Below, in pieces: positions 1 through 10,362 of a stretch of DNA of 20,000 nt. The first letter of the stretch is position 1. Each line of letters begins with the position of its first letter. Position numbers and translations under genes: made by a program. The stretch is from an uncultured virus (IMG/VR IMGVR_UViG_3300037963_003337) (lineage: Duplodnaviria > Heunggongvirae > Uroviricota > Caudoviricetes): the IMG/VR virus record IMGVR_UViG_3300037963_003337; one strand, written 5' to 3'. The notes beneath the pieces are model-generated. The model had not been told where the DNA came from. It did not search any database and saw only the letters and a list, made by a program, of their open reading frames with translations.

Positions 1-3000
1 CGATCTAAAATTCAATGTCTGACCAACTTAGGGTTAGACATTAGGGATTTGAATGTAATTCGTGGTATCAATGAAAGTGTTGACAAACTCGATTTACAGA
101 ATGTATCTGGATTGGATGTCAATCTTACCAGGTATCTGGATCGCCTTAAAAGTGACACTGGATTGTACTCTGGAATCGTAAATGAACTTGGAGGGTATCA
201 GTATACCCTACAGGGTAATTTGGAGGCGTTTGGACCCCTCTCAGGGGGTGCTGTGAGGTTTAAATACATACCCAATGATAAAGGTACAGGACTCACTAAA
301 AATGATTTAAAATTCGGTGACATTTCTACCTCCAGGGTTAGTTCTTGGAGTGGATCATCATCTGATGAAACTGATGATGAGCAAGCAATTTCTTATGGTG
401 CGTCTGTTCAGGTAAGAGGAACTGTTAAAGTAGGACAAAAAGGATCATTTACACCTGGTGCTACTGAGGCAACTATTAACGTATTAGATACACCAGAACC
501 AATTAGATTTGCAACGGAAGTTGCTACAGATGTATTGGAAGTTGAATTGAATGGTAATACCAGGTACATCTATGCAATGCGTGGTATTCCTATCATCTTT
601 ACCACGGCATTTAAGAATGTCTCTATGGATTTTAAGTTCAATACAATCCCTAGTGGCAACCCTGTTTTTACGTTACAAGCAACTGATGGATCTGAGGCAG
701 AGATTCAATCAACACCACCTGTATCTGGTGGTACATCTAGATTGAGATATAACGGACCATCATACAAAGAAAGATTTGTAAAAGTATATTATCCTCCTAA
801 TAATATTACTGGTATTACTGCTAAATCTCTGAACATTAGAGAGTTGCCAGCAGTTAAGTTCTTTGAGTTAACAGAAATTATAGTATCGGGTAATTTGATT
901 GGTGAAATGCCTGATTGGAGAAGTATTACCTATGCTTATGATAGAGACGTAACAACTAATTCTCCTGAATCAAATCTGACAACTATTAATCTTTCAAGTA
1001 ATCCACTCAATCAAACTGATGATGAGGATTTAGAGTTCTTTGGAACTAATGTTGTAGAAAGGTTACCAAAGAAACTTACAACTTATTATGGAAATGGAAC
1101 TTATAACGCACATACTACATTCAAAACAATCAATGAGTCATGTGCTCTTGTAGTCACTCAAAGTGAGTATAATAGTATTTCAGTTGATCCAACAACTAAG
1201 CAAACATATAATTTTTCTCAAACTCTCACATCTGGTGCTAGTAATGTTACAACTCACATTGAGGGAATTTATTATGACAAACAGGTACACCCAATAACAG
1301 GTGCATATTATTTGTATATTAAAGAACCTGTAATTACCAAAGATTCTAGTTGGACTGCTGATAACCTTAAAACTGATGCTGAATGGAGAAATGCTTTTGC
1401 AGCCAATGGTATTAATAACTATGGTGAATATTTCTTACCATTAAATCTTGCAACTAGATGTCCTAATTTACAAACCTTCCAAATGAGAAATGCCTCAGGA
1501 AGAAGGATTTATAAAAACACAAATACTAGAGGACCATTACCATCTGGTGCTACAAAAAATATTGAATATCAAACCTCTCAAGAATATACACCAACTGTTG
1601 ATCTAGAAACAATTAGGACTTATGATGTATATGATAATAACTATACTAAGTTATCTGATATCTTTGTCAATCCTGGATCATATATTTCTGGATCAAGCAC
1701 GCTAAAAACTTTCAATGTCTCAGAGAATGAGGGTTTAAGTGAACCAGCAGATAGTATTAACTTCTCTAAGATGACAGCAATTAGTAGTATCAGCATTACT
1801 GATACTGCTTTACCTATTCCTTCTGGTCTTGCAGGAAACTCTTCATTAAGTAGTTTGAGTTGTAGTTACACCAGATTTCCAGTAAGATCTCAAAGTAATC
1901 CTATTGCATACAATATTCAGCACCCAAGTGGTGGTTATGTAGATGCTAATGGTGATGGTAATCCAAGTAACGCTACAAATCATTTGTTTAATACAAAATG
2001 GCCAACGTTAGAATCGGAGTATGCACTGACGGGATGTTCTAGTTTAAGTTCATTATCATTCTATGCATCTAGATTGGATGGTATGATTCCAAAGTTTGTA
2101 GGAAATACAAATTTAAAATCTATCGATTTTAGATATACCTCTATTGAAGGTGGTAGACCTAAAGATCCATCTGGTAATCTTTCTGGTAGAAGATATGTAA
2201 TGTGGGATGATACATTTGAAGATGCTCAAGGTATGACTACCATTAGAATTAGAAGTGCTAATTTAGGTAGAAATATTGGTATCTATGATCCTGCTACACA
2301 AACCTACAGTCAAGCAGCATTTCAAGGAAGTACATTCAATCTTCCATTACTTACAACTATTGAAATTGTTAGCACTAACAAACTACTTAGAGGCACCTTC
2401 TTTAACACTAGTGGTGCTCCTAACTTGGTTAAATTATATTCACCATCAAGTGGTTGGGGTTTAGATGTTCCAAATGGAGCACCAATACCATCATTTGGTA
2501 GTAATCCAAACCTTGAGCAAGTTAATTTAAGTGGCAACAACTTTAGTGGTAATATTGTACTAACAGGTGCAGGGAAGTTAAGAGAATTCTATGTTAATAG
2601 TAATATCATTCAAGGTGTTGATCTTAACAATTTCTCAGGACTAGGTAATCTTCAATACTTTATTGCTTCTAACAATCAAATGACGGGACAATTCCCGAAC
2701 TTCAGTGTTGCTGCTCCAAACATTCAGTATATCTCTTTTGCAGATAATTTATATGGAACAGCAGGTGCTGTTGCTCCATTCACAGCAGGATTGTTTAGTC
2801 AATGTACTAGATTAAGATCTCTTGACTTGTCAAATAATAGTATGAACTCAGGAACTGTTGATGATATCTTACTTGAGATGGTATCAAATTACAATAACTC
2901 ACCAAGGAGTGGTGTTGTAGTCAACCTTCAAGGTAATGCTGCACCATCACAGGTTATTGTTAGTACACCTACCACTACTACAACTGTTTCAATTGATTCG

Positions 3001-3327
3001 TTTACAGTATCACAACCTGATCCATTAAATCCACAGCAAACATTCTTTAAACCACAAGATTTTACTGAGGATCTTAAAACTGGTGTTAGTGGCAATCTTT
3101 CATTCAGCACCAAAATTAAGCAAGATGGTGTTGATATAACTAGTTTACTGAGTATTAATCATGCTGCTGATACCTTCTCTTATACAGGGGTAAGTTTCCC
3201 ACCTGATGGTGCAACTATTGATATTGAAGTAACAACTGTTGAACAAGGATTTGAAACGACTTTAACAGGTGGTGTTGTAACTGCTCAACAATTAAGAAAC
3301 GTAGGTTGGATCGTAAGGACTGCATAA
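1..3327 (+). CDS. Large leucine-rich-repeat virion/fibre-like protein (5'-truncated by the window; frame is open from base 1)
   Basis: Frame 1 has no stop from base 1 (RSKIQCLTNLGLDIRDL...). Many LRR units occur: LTEIIVSGNLIGEMP, LTTINLSSNPL, LSSLSFYASRLDGMIP, LEQVNLSGNNFSGNI, LQYFIASNNQMTGQFP, LRSLDLSNNSM. The N-terminal '...NLGL' motif resembles that of the two neighbouring large proteins. Confidence 0.8.
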   Translation, partial: RSKIQCLTNLGLDIRDLNVIRGINESVDKLDLQNVSGLDVNLTRYLDRLKSDTGLYSGIVNELGGYQYTLQGNLEAFGPLSGGAVRFKYIPNDKGTGLTKNDLKFGDISTSRVSSWSGSSSDETDDEQAISYGASVQVRGTVKVGQKGSFTPGATEATINVLDTPEPIRFATEVATDVLEVELNGNTRYIYAMRGIPIIFTTAFKNVSMDFKFNTIPSGNPVFTLQATDGSEAEIQSTPPVSGGTSRLRYNGPSYKERFVKVYYPPNNITGITAKSLNIRELPAVKFFELTEIIVSGNLIGEMPDWRSITYAYDRDVTTNSPESNLTTINLSSNPLNQTDDEDLEFFGTNVVERLPKKLTTYYGNGTYNAHTTFKTINESCALVVTQSEYNSISVDPTTKQTYNFSQTLTSGASNVTTHIEGIYYDKQVHPITGAYYLYIKEPVITKDSSWTADNLKTDAEWRNAFAANGINNYGEYFLPLNLATRCPNLQTFQMRNASGRRIYKNTNTRGPLPSGATKNIEYQTSQEYTPTVDLETIRTYDVYDNNYTKLSDIFVNPGSYISGSSTLKTFNVSENEGLSEPADSINFSKMTAISSISITDTALPIPSGLAGNSSLSSLSCSYTRFPVRSQSNPIAYNIQHPSGGYVDANGDGNPSNATNHLFNTKWPTLESEYALTGCSSLSSLSFYASRLDGMIPKFVGNTNLKSIDFRYTSIEGGRPKDPSGNLSGRRYVMWDDTFEDAQGMTTIRIRSANLGRNIGIYDPATQTYSQAAFQGSTFNLPLLTTIEIVSTNKLLRGTFFNTSGAPNLVKLYSPSSGWGLDVPNGAPIPSFGSNPNLEQVNLSGNNFSGNIVLTGAGKLREFYVNSNIIQGVDLNNFSGLGNLQYFIASNNQMTGQFPNFSVAAPNIQYISFADNLYGTAGAVAPFTAGLFSQCTRLRSLDLSNNSMNSGTVDDILLEMVSNYNNSPRSGVVVNLQGNAAPSQVIVSTPTTTTTVSIDSFTVSQPDPLNPQQTFFKPQDFTEDLKTGVSGNLSFSTKIKQDGVDITSLLSINHAADTFSYTGVSFPPDGATIDIEVTTVEQGFETTLTGGVVTAQQLRNVGWIVRTA

Positions 3328-5718
3328 ATGGCTAATCAAGGTTTTGTACAATCATTAAATTTATTAGAAGTACCAGATGGTGCTGAATTAATCCAGAACC
3401 TCGCTGGAGGTACAGTTGATGCTGACATGAGATTGTTTGCTGGGTTATCAAGCAAGAGATCTCAATTATTTTGGGACAGATTTTATAATTCAGTAAATAT
3501 TGCTAAGTCACCAACAACATTAACACAATCAACACAGTTTGAATGGGATACTGACTACAGTTATACTGATGAAGATATCATATCAGTAACTCCAATTAAT
3601 CTTATCAAGGAAGTTGGAGCATCATTCGTTGGATTTGATGGTGATGGAGTATTAGTCAACAACTTGTCTGGTAGTTTTATTGCATTTGATAGGGGAGAAG
3701 GATATACTCCAGGCACATATAATTTAAACTTACAGGGTGGTAGTGGTCAAAATGCAACTGCAGAAATTATTGTTAATAATAATGGTCTTGTAGAATCAGT
3801 AGAAATTACTAATAGTGGTACTGGATATGCTAGAGGAGATACATTTACTGCTGCTATTCCAGGCAACGGAGTAGGATTCAATGTTAGAATTATTTCTAAT
3901 CCTTGGAAAGTAATTATTATTGGTAACTTTGCATGGGACGTTGCTAATCTTAATACCAAACAATTATCAATTGAGGTTAACAATACCAGTTCAGCATTAG
4001 ATGGTGATTATAATATAGATATCCCAGGAACTGGTGTTAATGCATGGCACCTCCCAACTAACAACACACTTCCAGCATTTGATATTAATAGAAAGATCTT
4101 TGCCGATACAAAGATTAGTAATAACTTAGATTTATACGATATTGATGGTGATGGAACATTTACCAGCACTGATGCTGATTTAATCTATGCTTGGGCAGAT
4201 GCAAAACGCACTGGATCAACTGGTGAATCAGCAATTACGTCATATTTAAATAGCAACTCTCTGCCTGCAGGTGCTATTAGAAACAATACAACTAGAATTT
4301 ACAATTACCTTCAAGGATTATCACCATTATTGTGGGATATAGATGGGACTGGATTTAGTGTCTATGAAAGTGGTAATACTGCTGCTGAGTTAACTAGATT
4401 CTATAATTACTTCACAGGTTATATCGGTGGTGGAAACTATCCATATCCAGCAGCATCTACATTATTATCACAGACACCAACTGCAACAACAGCAACTACA
4501 AAACATGCTATTGCTATTGAGTTCTTGGCAAATAGAGATCCTCAGTATGCCGTACCTGCAGAAGTAGAAGATGAGTATGAGAGACCATATTTTGTATTGA
4601 AATTCAATCAGAGTAATAGTAAGATAAATGCATTTGATAATTTTGTTGAGTATGGATCACAACAAACATGTACCACCAATCAAACTGACTGGATTAATAA
4701 TGTTCAGGTAGGTTCATATAATTCAACTCTCAACTACAGAATTATTGATAAGTTCAGTACTACTGATTCTTCTCAGAACATTACATATTTTGTTGTTATT
4801 GTTACTGCTGGAACTGGTAAACCTGTTTCTCAAGCATTTGGTAGTAATCCAACACTTACACCAATCAACTCTGCACCAGTATTTGATTCATCACGTGAGT
4901 ATGGTGTGTTTGACTCGAACTCAACTGATAAGTTTTTCCTAAGAACTAATCCTAGAAGTACAAGTGAAACTGCAAAGCAAATTATTACATTCTCAGAGAA
5001 GTATACGGTAAGCGATAGTGCATCTAATTACAATGGTGAGATTGTCAATGTAACTACATTGATTCCAGATATTATTATGGAGAGAGATGACTCTCTAACC
5101 ACTGAGAACATTGAATTTTTAGAAGCACCTGTTATTGTTGATACTGGTGACAATGATTACGTTGGAACATTCGGTGCATTTAGTTATAATATTGAAGGAT
5201 ATTCAACAGAACTCAACAATATTACTGACAACGTAGATGAGTCAATTTACTTAAGAACTACAAAGTATAGAATTGACAGAAGTTTATATTATGTTAAAGA
5301 GATCACAGTCAATGGATTTATGACATCCTTTGACCCTGATGGATTCAACTCATCAGTTACAGATTTGACTGCTGAATTATCACCAGGTATCTACATCTCA
5401 TCTTCAGCATCACAGATTACTAATCCATTAGCATCTGACTTTGCTAATAAGACAAGATCATTCTCTAGTGATTACAACCCATGGAAAGATGATGCAGTAC
5501 CAAATGCACTGTCTACCACATCATTGGCAGTAAACATTAATGATTTGGTATGGACATCAGAGATTAAATTAGATGTAGGTAATAATATTGCACATCAAGG
5601 ACTATCCCAAACTCTTGATGGTAACTTTAATAGCAACACAGTTTCACAGGGTCAATCATTCAAACTCAAGATGTTAATTAATGGTGAAGAATACTTTATT
5701 ATTATGCGTAAATCTTAG
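3328..5718 (+). CDS. Cyanophage virion structural / fibre-like protein with dockerin/EF-hand-like loops
   Basis: 796 aa, with ATG immediately after the upstream TAA. Contains the cyanophage structural repeat GEGYTPG...GGSGQNATAEIIV...VEITNSGTGY and the motifs DIDGDGTFTSTD and WDIDGTG. Confidence 0.75.
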   Translation: MANQGFVQSLNLLEVPDGAELIQNLAGGTVDADMRLFAGLSSKRSQLFWDRFYNSVNIAKSPTTLTQSTQFEWDTDYSYTDEDIISVTPINLIKEVGASFVGFDGDGVLVNNLSGSFIAFDRGEGYTPGTYNLNLQGGSGQNATAEIIVNNNGLVESVEITNSGTGYARGDTFTAAIPGNGVGFNVRIISNPWKVIIIGNFAWDVANLNTKQLSIEVNNTSSALDGDYNIDIPGTGVNAWHLPTNNTLPAFDINRKIFADTKISNNLDLYDIDGDGTFTSTDADLIYAWADAKRTGSTGESAITSYLNSNSLPAGAIRNNTTRIYNYLQGLSPLLWDIDGTGFSVYESGNTAAELTRFYNYFTGYIGGGNYPYPAASTLLSQTPTATTATTKHAIAIEFLANRDPQYAVPAEVEDEYERPYFVLKFNQSNSKINAFDNFVEYGSQQTCTTNQTDWINNVQVGSYNSTLNYRIIDKFSTTDSSQNITYFVVIVTAGTGKPVSQAFGSNPTLTPINSAPVFDSSREYGVFDSNSTDKFFLRTNPRSTSETAKQIITFSEKYTVSDSASNYNGEIVNVTTLIPDIIMERDDSLTTENIEFLEAPVIVDTGDNDYVGTFGAFSYNIEGYSTELNNITDNVDESIYLRTTKYRIDRSLYYVKEITVNGFMTSFDPDGFNSSVTDLTAELSPGIYISSSASQITNPLASDFANKTRSFSSDYNPWKDDAVPNALSTTSLAVNINDLVWTSEIKLDVGNNIAHQGLSQTLDGNFNSNTVSQGQSFKLKMLINGEEYFIIMRKS

Positions 5719-8700
5719 AAAGGTTTACTAGTACCAAACAGTAGATCATATTTAATACCACCAAATACAACCTCTACCTTCTCATTGACTGGTAATTGAG
5801 CGTTAGTGATGTTGCTTGGGATACCAAAGATTTTACTTTCAGGATGAGTTGCAGACAAACTTCTAACATTGATCAATCCAGCAACGTGGAAGTCAGGGTT
5901 TAGAATAGTGGTAGACAATCCAATCTCAGAACTATCAAATGGTGGTGAGGTATCAAGTGGTGGGCAGCAGAGTTCCTTACTCTCCAGAACTGTATTAGCA
6001 AATGTATATACAGATAATTTGTTAGTGGAGTTCAGAATGAATGGTGACAATGCACCATTAGCACCACTAGAGGAGTTGTCTGCATTTTCATGTAAGATTC
6101 TAAGACCTTTCCAAATGTCTTGGTCAATCTCACGATCTACAGGTAAGATTTCATAGAAACTATTTCTGTAGTGCATGTAGCGTTTTCTGCTAGGATTCTC
6201 ACTCCATGTGTTAGGACTCTCAGCAGGAGAGATGATAATATTATCAGCAGGGAACAGATTAATTGACTTTTGTGGTGTATTAATGGTCTGTACTTGACCA
6301 TTGTTGTCAGTGTATGTTCTAGTGCCTTGATCTACCAGTGTTGTTGTAAGTGTTCCACCAGAACTACTCGCTTGTGCTGGAGTTACACCAGGATATGAAT
6401 AAAGAGGTTCCCAGTTACTAGCAGCATCAAACTCTGGATACCATAAGAATTTACTGGTGGTTGAGAATGATTTAATATATGAACCAGCAGGCAGAACATA
6501 TTCAACAGCAGTGCCAGCATTATTATTTCTTACAAATGATCTATGTGATGTACTATAGAACATTTCAATATCAGTGCTGGCGGTTCCTGCTGCATTACCA
6601 GTAAGATTAACACCATTATATGATGATGCACTGAGTGTAATGTCAGAGGTAATCTTCACCATTCTGTCAGGATATGCTGAGTTACCAGGGTTAGAACTAT
6701 TATATCCAGCATCATTTAACCAAGCATTGTAGAATGTAGAAAGTTGATTGAGGTTAGAAATTTCACCATTTCCATTTGGACCAGAGACACTACCAATTTT
6801 ATTTGCTTGTGGTAGAGTGAAGTCCTGGTGCCTAGAGAGATATACATTTCTCAAATCAAACAATGATGATTCATACTCTTGTAAATTGATAAATTTACAT
6901 CTCTTTGTAGTACCATCTACTAAGAAGTCATCCTCAAGATCATCCCAAGATGAAATGCTATCATTAAGACGTACAACCATATAGTATTTGATATTCAAAC
7001 TAGTGCTAGTTGTATCACCCCAGACATTACCAGATACTCTGACAAATCCCTCCATACTACCAATAGTAACCATTGGTGTAGTATAACCATTAGCAAAATT
7101 TACAAATCCATCTTCAATTAATTTTAATTTCAACTTAGTACCATTGAGATTGGCAAAGACCTGGTTACCACCATACTTTTTACAACCAATAAATGTATTT
7201 TGTATATGGTTAACAACACTTCCAGCGCCAGTACCACCTTGTAAATCTGCCATTCCCCAAGCATCACGATTACCAGCAGCACCATCACACCAGTATGCTA
7301 CTGAATCTTGATAGGTATTTGCAAATTCATTAGTTGTGATACTTGTTCTATCCTTACTACCAGTGCGATCAAGTAGTTTTCTATATGGATCTTCAGGGTC
7401 ACCAGTATTTCCTCTGTAACCATTCTGACCTCCACCTTGTGTGGTAGATGTCTCATTCCAACGGATATCAATGCCTGCTACATTTGCATTACCAGACATA
7501 TCAACATCAATTAAGATATATTTGGTCTTTACTTTATCTGTGGTTGCATCATAGTTATTTTGAGCACATGCTGAACCAGTACAGAATTGCTCAAGAGGTT
7601 TAGTAATATCAATACCTCTATCTCTATAGATTGCACACAGACCACCATCAGTGCCACCACCTGCTGGATATGGCATTTGATCATCAAATTCAATAGCAAG
7701 TTCATTATCAGCAATCTTCTCAAATCTAGTTGCTCTACAATATGTGGTTTGTGTTGCATTCTTGAATACAATAACGTGTCCAAGATCAATTTCATCAATC
7801 TTATCTTCAGGTACAGTCAGAACTGTATATGATGTTGTTTGATTAACTTGATCTGTAAGTGGTAAGGTTTCACCAGTTGGTGACAATAGAGTATGATTGG
7901 CAGTAGTAACAAATCCTCTGTGGTCAAATACAGTGACATTGTATGAGGTATTTGAACCAACGTTTGCCTCTTTACTAAGAACAATAGAATTACTATCTGC
8001 TAATACATCAATAACTCTTGTTCCAAGTGGGATTGTAGAAGTACCTACGTGTCCATCAGTGCTATCTTGTACAAGATAATTACCAACCTCAACATCAGTT
8101 GAGTTGTTAATGTTAAACAGTCGAGAATCTGCGTCTATGTTTCCAGATCTGCTTAATGTAACAGCACCCCAACTCTCTTGTGGTGTGTAAATTGACTTAA
8201 TAGGTAAGAGAGAATACAGGATATTGTATTGGTCACCAGCAGAGATCAATTGCTTCTTACCAAATGCTCTCTGATCTACACCATCTTCTCTACTTGTACC
8301 ACCAGAAAGAACTGAGTTGTCTAAGAATGTTTTAAAGTCACCAATTTGATAGAACTCATAGTCCTTTTCATATAGTTGCTTATATGTTAAACGACCATAA
8401 CCACCAGATGTTTCTGTTCTTTGTCTAATAATCCATGCTTTATTATTACTGTTAGTATCTACATCATCATCCTTCATAAAGAATGTCCAGTCAAAGACAT
8501 AATCAACATAGCGATCAAGATATTGACTGATTCTGATATATCTCTGTCGTGTAGTTAACTCACCCATGCGTGCTACATGGAGAAGATTATTATATGTGTT
8601 ACCACTAAACAAAGTATGATTCAAACTGCCAGTGGTATATGTTGTGTCAATCTTCTTATTATCTAATTCATCTTGTGCCTGAATACTATACTCTGAAGTA

Positions 8701-10298
8701 GTGCCATCATACCTGAAATAGTATTGTTGATCATTATTATAACCGTCGTCAAAGTTAGTATAATCAGGATCAATTTCTACAGTAATAGTATTGACACCAT
8801 TGGATGATGTGCAATTTGTTACATTGTATCTTCTTACACCTTGCTCAGCTTCATACTCCTCATCAGTTGTATTAGCGGGATTAACATCAGTATTTGCAAT
8901 TCTATAATCATAGATGAAATCATTAATCATGATGTTCTGATATACTTCATCACTAACTGTAAACTGTGTAGCATTTACAATTGCATTATCACCAATAAGT
9001 TCGATATCAGTTCTATGTCTATATGAATTAAGATATGTCTTCATATCTTTTCTATCATATGGAGTATATCTTACTACTGCCTTCAATCCTTCAATATTGG
9101 CATTAGGGTTTTTAGAAAATGTACCAGTGTTTAAGGTCAGTGTATATCCACCATTAGGATCAGGTAGAGTTGATGCGTTGAGATTTAATTTATTAAATTC
9201 TTCAGTTACTTCAATATAGAATCTTGGAATCTTTTTTACATCTTCATAATCAAATAAATGTAGAACTCTATATCTCTGTGCAGGAACTTGACCCTCTTGT
9301 ACATCTAAGAATATCAAATCACCATGCTTGATATCCATAGCATCTTCAAGATGCACCTCAACCAATTGTCTGGTAGGGTCATTATAAATGTTTAGAATTT
9401 CATCAACTTGATTTAGTTTGTATTGTGTCGTCTGCTCACTGAGGGTGTTATTACCATCCAGAAAACTAAACACAAAATCATCTGGAGCACCATATCTCAC
9501 TGACTGGAATGACTGAGATGATGGATCCTGAAACTTAAAGATTGTGCTACCAGTAGTATTAATTAAGAATGTGGTAATGCCTGCTACTGTTGGTTTATAG
9601 AATCCCTGCCAATTAGTACCACCAAAGAGAGATAGGAATGATGATTGTAACTTATCACTGTATACAAAGTTTCCTTGCTCCCAGAAGTTATCACTCAGTG
9701 TGGTAATATTGCCATCACTATCAATCTCATCATCAAAGAATAGATCTGTAACTGGTCCTACAGATAACCACTGATTCTCAGATCCACCTGGAACATCTGC
9801 TTCACCGACTCGGATTCTACGCCATAGTTGATTATTATATGATACAATATCACCAATTTTGTAACTACCAAGAGTGTCTAAGTTTGAACTATATGCTGGT
9901 GCATCTCTTACAATATTCTTATCGTCATAGTATTTGACATTAGGACCATCACCACCTAAGAAGAATGGTTCTCCTGTGGAGAAGTATGCTGCATCTAATC
10001 TATTCTTGATCTTGATGAGTGGTCTGTATACTTTAGGGTTAGAACTGTTATCAATGATACCATTGTCAACAATAGTAAATGCTACAGTTACACCATCCAA
10101 ACTAGCAAAGGTGCTCGCAGTAATATTTGTAATGTAAATGCCCTGAATGGGTTCTAAGTCAGTAGTAGTGAAAGAACTCTCACTACCAAGCATCGTTGGG
10201 TTTGATAAAATATTATTAAGTGCTGCTGTTGCCGAGGGCAAATCAGACAGGTTCAAGTCCCTTCTTAATCCAAATTGATTAAACTGCTTCTGAGCCAT
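5715..10298 (-). CDS. Large virion structural / receptor-binding-like protein with PA14-like and CBM5/12-like segments
   Basis: 1527 aa, S/T/N/G-rich. N-terminus FGLRRDLNLSDLPSATAALNNIL is fibre-anchor-like. YKIGDIVSYNNQLW...PGGSENQW is CBM-like and GGTNWQGFYKPTVAGITTF is PA14-like. A late-type promoter lies upstream. Confidence 0.75.
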   Translation of the reverse strand: MAQKQFNQFGLRRDLNLSDLPSATAALNNILSNPTMLGSESSFTTTDLEPIQGIYITNITASTFASLDGVTVAFTIVDNGIIDNSSNPKVYRPLIKIKNRLDAAYFSTGEPFFLGGDGPNVKYYDDKNIVRDAPAYSSNLDTLGSYKIGDIVSYNNQLWRRIRVGEADVPGGSENQWLSVGPVTDLFFDDEIDSDGNITTLSDNFWEQGNFVYSDKLQSSFLSLFGGTNWQGFYKPTVAGITTFLINTTGSTIFKFQDPSSQSFQSVRYGAPDDFVFSFLDGNNTLSEQTTQYKLNQVDEILNIYNDPTRQLVEVHLEDAMDIKHGDLIFLDVQEGQVPAQRYRVLHLFDYEDVKKIPRFYIEVTEEFNKLNLNASTLPDPNGGYTLTLNTGTFSKNPNANIEGLKAVVRYTPYDRKDMKTYLNSYRHRTDIELIGDNAIVNATQFTVSDEVYQNIMINDFIYDYRIANTDVNPANTTDEEYEAEQGVRRYNVTNCTSSNGVNTITVEIDPDYTNFDDGYNNDQQYYFRYDGTTSEYSIQAQDELDNKKIDTTYTTGSLNHTLFSGNTYNNLLHVARMGELTTRQRYIRISQYLDRYVDYVFDWTFFMKDDDVDTNSNNKAWIIRQRTETSGGYGRLTYKQLYEKDYEFYQIGDFKTFLDNSVLSGGTSREDGVDQRAFGKKQLISAGDQYNILYSLLPIKSIYTPQESWGAVTLSRSGNIDADSRLFNINNSTDVEVGNYLVQDSTDGHVGTSTIPLGTRVIDVLADSNSIVLSKEANVGSNTSYNVTVFDHRGFVTTANHTLLSPTGETLPLTDQVNQTTSYTVLTVPEDKIDEIDLGHVIVFKNATQTTYCRATRFEKIADNELAIEFDDQMPYPAGGGTDGGLCAIYRDRGIDITKPLEQFCTGSACAQNNYDATTDKVKTKYILIDVDMSGNANVAGIDIRWNETSTTQGGGQNGYRGNTGDPEDPYRKLLDRTGSKDRTSITTNEFANTYQDSVAYWCDGAAGNRDAWGMADLQGGTGAGSVVNHIQNTFIGCKKYGGNQVFANLNGTKLKLKLIEDGFVNFANGYTTPMVTIGSMEGFVRVSGNVWGDTTSTSLNIKYYMVVRLNDSISSWDDLEDDFLVDGTTKRCKFINLQEYESSLFDLRNVYLSRHQDFTLPQANKIGSVSGPNGNGEISNLNQLSTFYNAWLNDAGYNSSNPGNSAYPDRMVKITSDITLSASSYNGVNLTGNAAGTASTDIEMFYSTSHRSFVRNNNAGTAVEYVLPAGSYIKSFSTTSKFLWYPEFDAASNWEPLYSYPGVTPAQASSSGGTLTTTLVDQGTRTYTDNNGQVQTINTPQKSINLFPADNIIISPAESPNTWSENPSRKRYMHYRNSFYEILPVDREIDQDIWKGLRILHENADNSSSGANGALSPFILNSTNKLSVYTFANTVLESKELCCPPLDTSPPFDSSEIGLSTTILNPDFHVAGLINVRSLSATHPESKIFGIPSNITNAQLPVNEKVEVVFGGIKYDLLFGTSKPF

Positions 10299-10310
10299 GA
10301 GATATACGGG

Positions 10311-10339
10311 TTGCCTTTTACTGCTATTTATGGTATAGT
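10311..10339 (+). promoter_or_regulatory. Sigma70-type promoter TTGCCT-N17-TATAGT (extended TG)
   Basis: -35 at 10311-10316 and -10 at 10334-10339, upstream of the ATG at 10363. Confidence 0.6.
10325..10332 (-). promoter_or_regulatory. T4-type late (gp55) promoter CATAAATA for the 1527-aa gene
   Basis: TATTTATG on the + strand reads CATAAATA on the - strand, 26 bp upstream of the ATG at 10298. It matches the NATAAATA late consensus. Confidence 0.7.
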
Positions 10340-10362
10340 GGTTTAGTCAATCTCATATTTAT

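Noticed and set aside
551..10137. Short ORFs nested in or antisense to the three large genes
   Set aside because: They are off-frame or antisense shadows of long coding regions, with no independent initiation signals or motifs.
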